From: an uncultured bacterium | Lineage (GTDB): Bacteria > Lernaellota > Lernaellaia > Lernaellales > Lernaellaceae | Length of the DNA: 10,289 nt | Assembly (NCBI GenBank): GCA_964534375.1 | Contig: CAZHPN010000202.1 | Location: 1 to 10,289, forward strand | Reading direction: 5' to 3' | Shown here: piece after piece, positions 8,947-10,289 of the stretch | Layout of the letters: each line of letters starts with the position of its first letter | Numbering within the stretch: the first letter of the stretch is position 1 | Translations under genes and position numbers: made by a program | Notes under the pieces: generated by a model | What the model saw: only the letters and a program-made list of their open reading frames with translations | Database searches by the model: none | What the model was told of the DNA's origin: nothing

Positions 8947-8992
8947 TGGCCAGTGGCCAGTGGTCAGCGAACAGTGAACAGTGAACAGTGGT
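8944..8992. repeat. Heptamer tandem array A (YAGYGRN x7)
   Basis: TAGTGGC CAGTGGC CAGTGGT CAGCGAA CAGTGAA CAGTGAA CAGTGGT. The first unit includes the TAG stop codon of the upstream gene. Confidence 0.9.
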
Positions 8993-9002
8993 CGGCCGCC
9001 CT

Positions 9003-9047
9003 CCGAACCCCGAATCCCGAATCCCGAACCCCGAGCTCCGAATCCCG
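9003..9047. repeat. Heptamer tandem array B (CCGAAYC x6 plus partial)
   Basis: CCGAACC CCGAATC CCGAATC CCGAACC CCGAGCT CCGAATC CCG. Confidence 0.9.
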
Positions 9048-9194
9048 TCTGCGGCGGTCGCCGAAATTGGCTTTGTTTCGTAATTTTACCTAATTTGGCC
9101 GGTTGCGCGCTGACATATATCTGCGATCGCGACGGGTAAAATGACGTTTAGCGGTGTTTGCGGGTGATAAGTGATATCAAAATAATCTGGGAGG

Positions 9195-9229
9195 CGGAAG
9201 TCAGAAGTCAGAAGCCGGAAGCCAGGCGT
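9195..9229. repeat. Heptamer tandem array C (CRGAAGY x4-5)
   Basis: CGGAAGT CAGAAGT CAGAAGC CGGAAGC CAGGCGT. Confidence 0.85.
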
Positions 9230-9275
9230 CGGACGGGCGCGGACCTGACATGGAGAAGGGCTGAAATTCCGCGAC

Positions 9276-9303
9276 ATCTGTGCAATCGGTGCAATCGGTG
9301 GAT
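9276..9303. repeat. 9-mer tandem repeat (ATCKGTGSA x3)
   Basis: ATCTGTGCA ATCGGTGCA ATCGGTGGA T. Confidence 0.8.
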
Positions 9304-9333
9304 GCCCGAAATCTCGGCGGTGAAAGCCAAACT

Positions 9334-9356
9334 GCCGGCGGGACGCCGGCGCTCCC
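9334..9356 (-). repeat. REP-like hairpin, GGAG foot
   Basis: Minus strand GGGAG-C-GCCGGCG-TCC-CGCCGGC with a perfect 7-bp stem (9334-9340/9344-9350). Confidence 0.75.
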
Positions 9357-9362
9357 GGGAAA

Positions 9363-9390
9363 GCACGGCCAAGGGCGGCTGCGCCACACA
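9363..9390 (-). repeat. REP-like hairpin, GTGG foot (copy 2)
   Basis: GCACGGCCAAGGGCGGCTGCGCCACACA: 24/28 identical to 89-116, with all four differences being transitions in the distal arm. The foot begins 14 nt after the korC stop. Confidence 0.75.
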
Positions 9391-9401
9391 ATTTGTTGCG
9401 A

Positions 9402-9980
9402 TTACTGGTTTTCCGCGCGGACGGGGGCAGTGACGCGGCGGACGGCGGCCTCGCGGAAGCCGACGGCCAGGGCGTGCAGGTTGAGTTCCTCGGTGCCCTT
9501 GGGGACGCGGCCGACCACCGCGCGCTCCAGCGCCAGTCGGCTGACGCAGTCGGTGAGGCCGGCGATGGCGCCGAGCGAGACGATGTTGGCGACGAACACT
9601 TTGCCGATTTCGTCGCGCGCGAGGCGCGTGAAAGGGATATTATAAATCAGGCATTCGCTGCCCGGCGGCGGGATGCACAGTTCGGCGTCGAGAATCATGA
9701 TGCCGTTCTTTTTCAGCGCATCGCCGTATTCCGTAAGGCTCTTCTGATTGAGGCAGAGCAGGATATCCAGTTCCTCGCACTTGGGATAATCGATGACTTC
9801 GTCGCTGATGATGACCTCGCTCTTCGAGGCGCCGCCGCGGGCCTCGGGCCCGTAGCTCTGGGTCTGCACCGCGTTCTTATTATCGAAGAGGATCGCCGCT
9901 TCGGCGAGGATGATGCCGGCGAGGACGAGGCCCTGGCCGCCGCTGCCGGCCAGCCGGATTTCCAGCCGTTTCAGACCCAT
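9402..9980 (-). CDS. korC: 2-oxoacid:ferredoxin oxidoreductase gamma subunit (KorC/PorC family)
   Basis: 192 aa. EIRLAGSGGQG, QTQSYGPEARGGASKSEV, ANIVSLGA and NLHAL..G motifs. GGAGG RBS lies within the 3' end of the beta gene. Substrate specificity cannot be fixed from sequence alone. Confidence 0.92.
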   Translation of the reverse strand: MGLKRLEIRLAGSGGQGLVLAGIILAEAAILFDNKNAVQTQSYGPEARGGASKSEVIISDEVIDYPKCEELDILLCLNQKSLTEYGDALKKNGIMILDAELCIPPPGSECLIYNIPFTRLARDEIGKVFVANIVSLGAIAGLTDCVSRLALERAVVGRVPKGTEELNLHALAVGFREAAVRRVTAPVRAENQ

Positions 9981-9983
9981 CGT

Positions 9984-10289
9984 TCAATCCTCCATCGCCA
10001 GCCGCGCGGTGCGGTGCAGTTCTTCGACGAATTCGTGCCGCTGGCGATCGGCGAAAATGCCGATCGGGATTTTGTCCTTCGCGTCTTCGAGGCTGAGCGC
10101 GTCCATCGCCTCGATGTTGACGCAGTGGTCTTTCCAGTACTTCATCATCTCGACGGGGCCGCGGAACTTGTTGCGGCGGCCGTAGGCCGTGGGGCAGTCT
10201 TCGAAGACCTCGATCACCGAGAAGCCCTTGTGCCGCATGCCGGCGATGATCGCCTTTTCCAGCAGTTTGACGTGGTAGGTCGTGGCGCG
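9984..10289 (-). CDS. korB: 2-oxoacid:ferredoxin oxidoreductase beta subunit, C-terminal part (5' end outside window)
   Basis: Frame is open to the window edge: RATTYHVKLLEKAIIAGMRHKGFSVIEVFEDCPTAYGRRNK...KIPIGIF. Contains the HKGFS..E....CPT.YG motif of TPP-binding beta subunits and lies 3 nt upstream of the gamma subunit. Confidence 0.9.
   Translation of the reverse strand, partial: RATTYHVKLLEKAIIAGMRHKGFSVIEVFEDCPTAYGRRNKFRGPVEMMKYWKDHCVNIEAMDALSLEDAKDKIPIGIFADRQRHEFVEELHRTARLAMED

Noticed and set aside
9123..9130. GCGATCGC (HIP1 octamer)
   Set aside because: An isolated occurrence is expected by chance in GC-rich DNA, and there is no cyanobacterial context.
8944..9390. CRISPR array or guide-RNA array
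   Set aside because: Repeat units are 7-9 nt and contiguous, with no constant repeat separated by unique equal-length spacers and no cas-like gene in the window.
9086..9433. Small ORFs in the right intergenic region (62-101 aa)
   Set aside because: They translate the repeats themselves (RLLTSDFRL, EVRSQKPEAR, TDCTDCTD), overlap each other, and lack clear RBSs or family motifs.

Overview
GC-rich (roughly 65%) diderm bacterial DNA whose gene order and content resemble Deltaproteobacteria (Myxococcota/Desulfobacterota-like; inference). About 7.4 kb is a minus-strand housekeeping/envelope operon, lysS-lolC/E-lolD-bamA-skp-lpxD, driven by a clear sigma70-type promoter. Divergent from it is an uncharacterised exported protein (signal peptide, TPR-like repeats, Pro/Ala linker, AgmX/PglI TonB-C-like domain) with a correctly spaced sigma54 promoter and an IHF-like site. 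The window ends with the 3' part of a minus-strand 2-oxoacid:ferredoxin oxidoreductase operon (beta partial, gamma complete). The coding content is ordinary. The unusual signal is in the two intergenic regions at the 3' ends of these operons (about 48-295 and 8944-9390). Each is a dense mosaic of many different short repeat types: REP-like hairpins with GTGG/GGAG/GCAG feet, a BoxC-like element, three period-7 tandem arrays, and 8-mer and 9-mer tandem arrays. The two regions, 9.3 kb apart, share a 19-bp identical element and a second degenerate motif. No cognate nuclease or transposase gene is present in the window.
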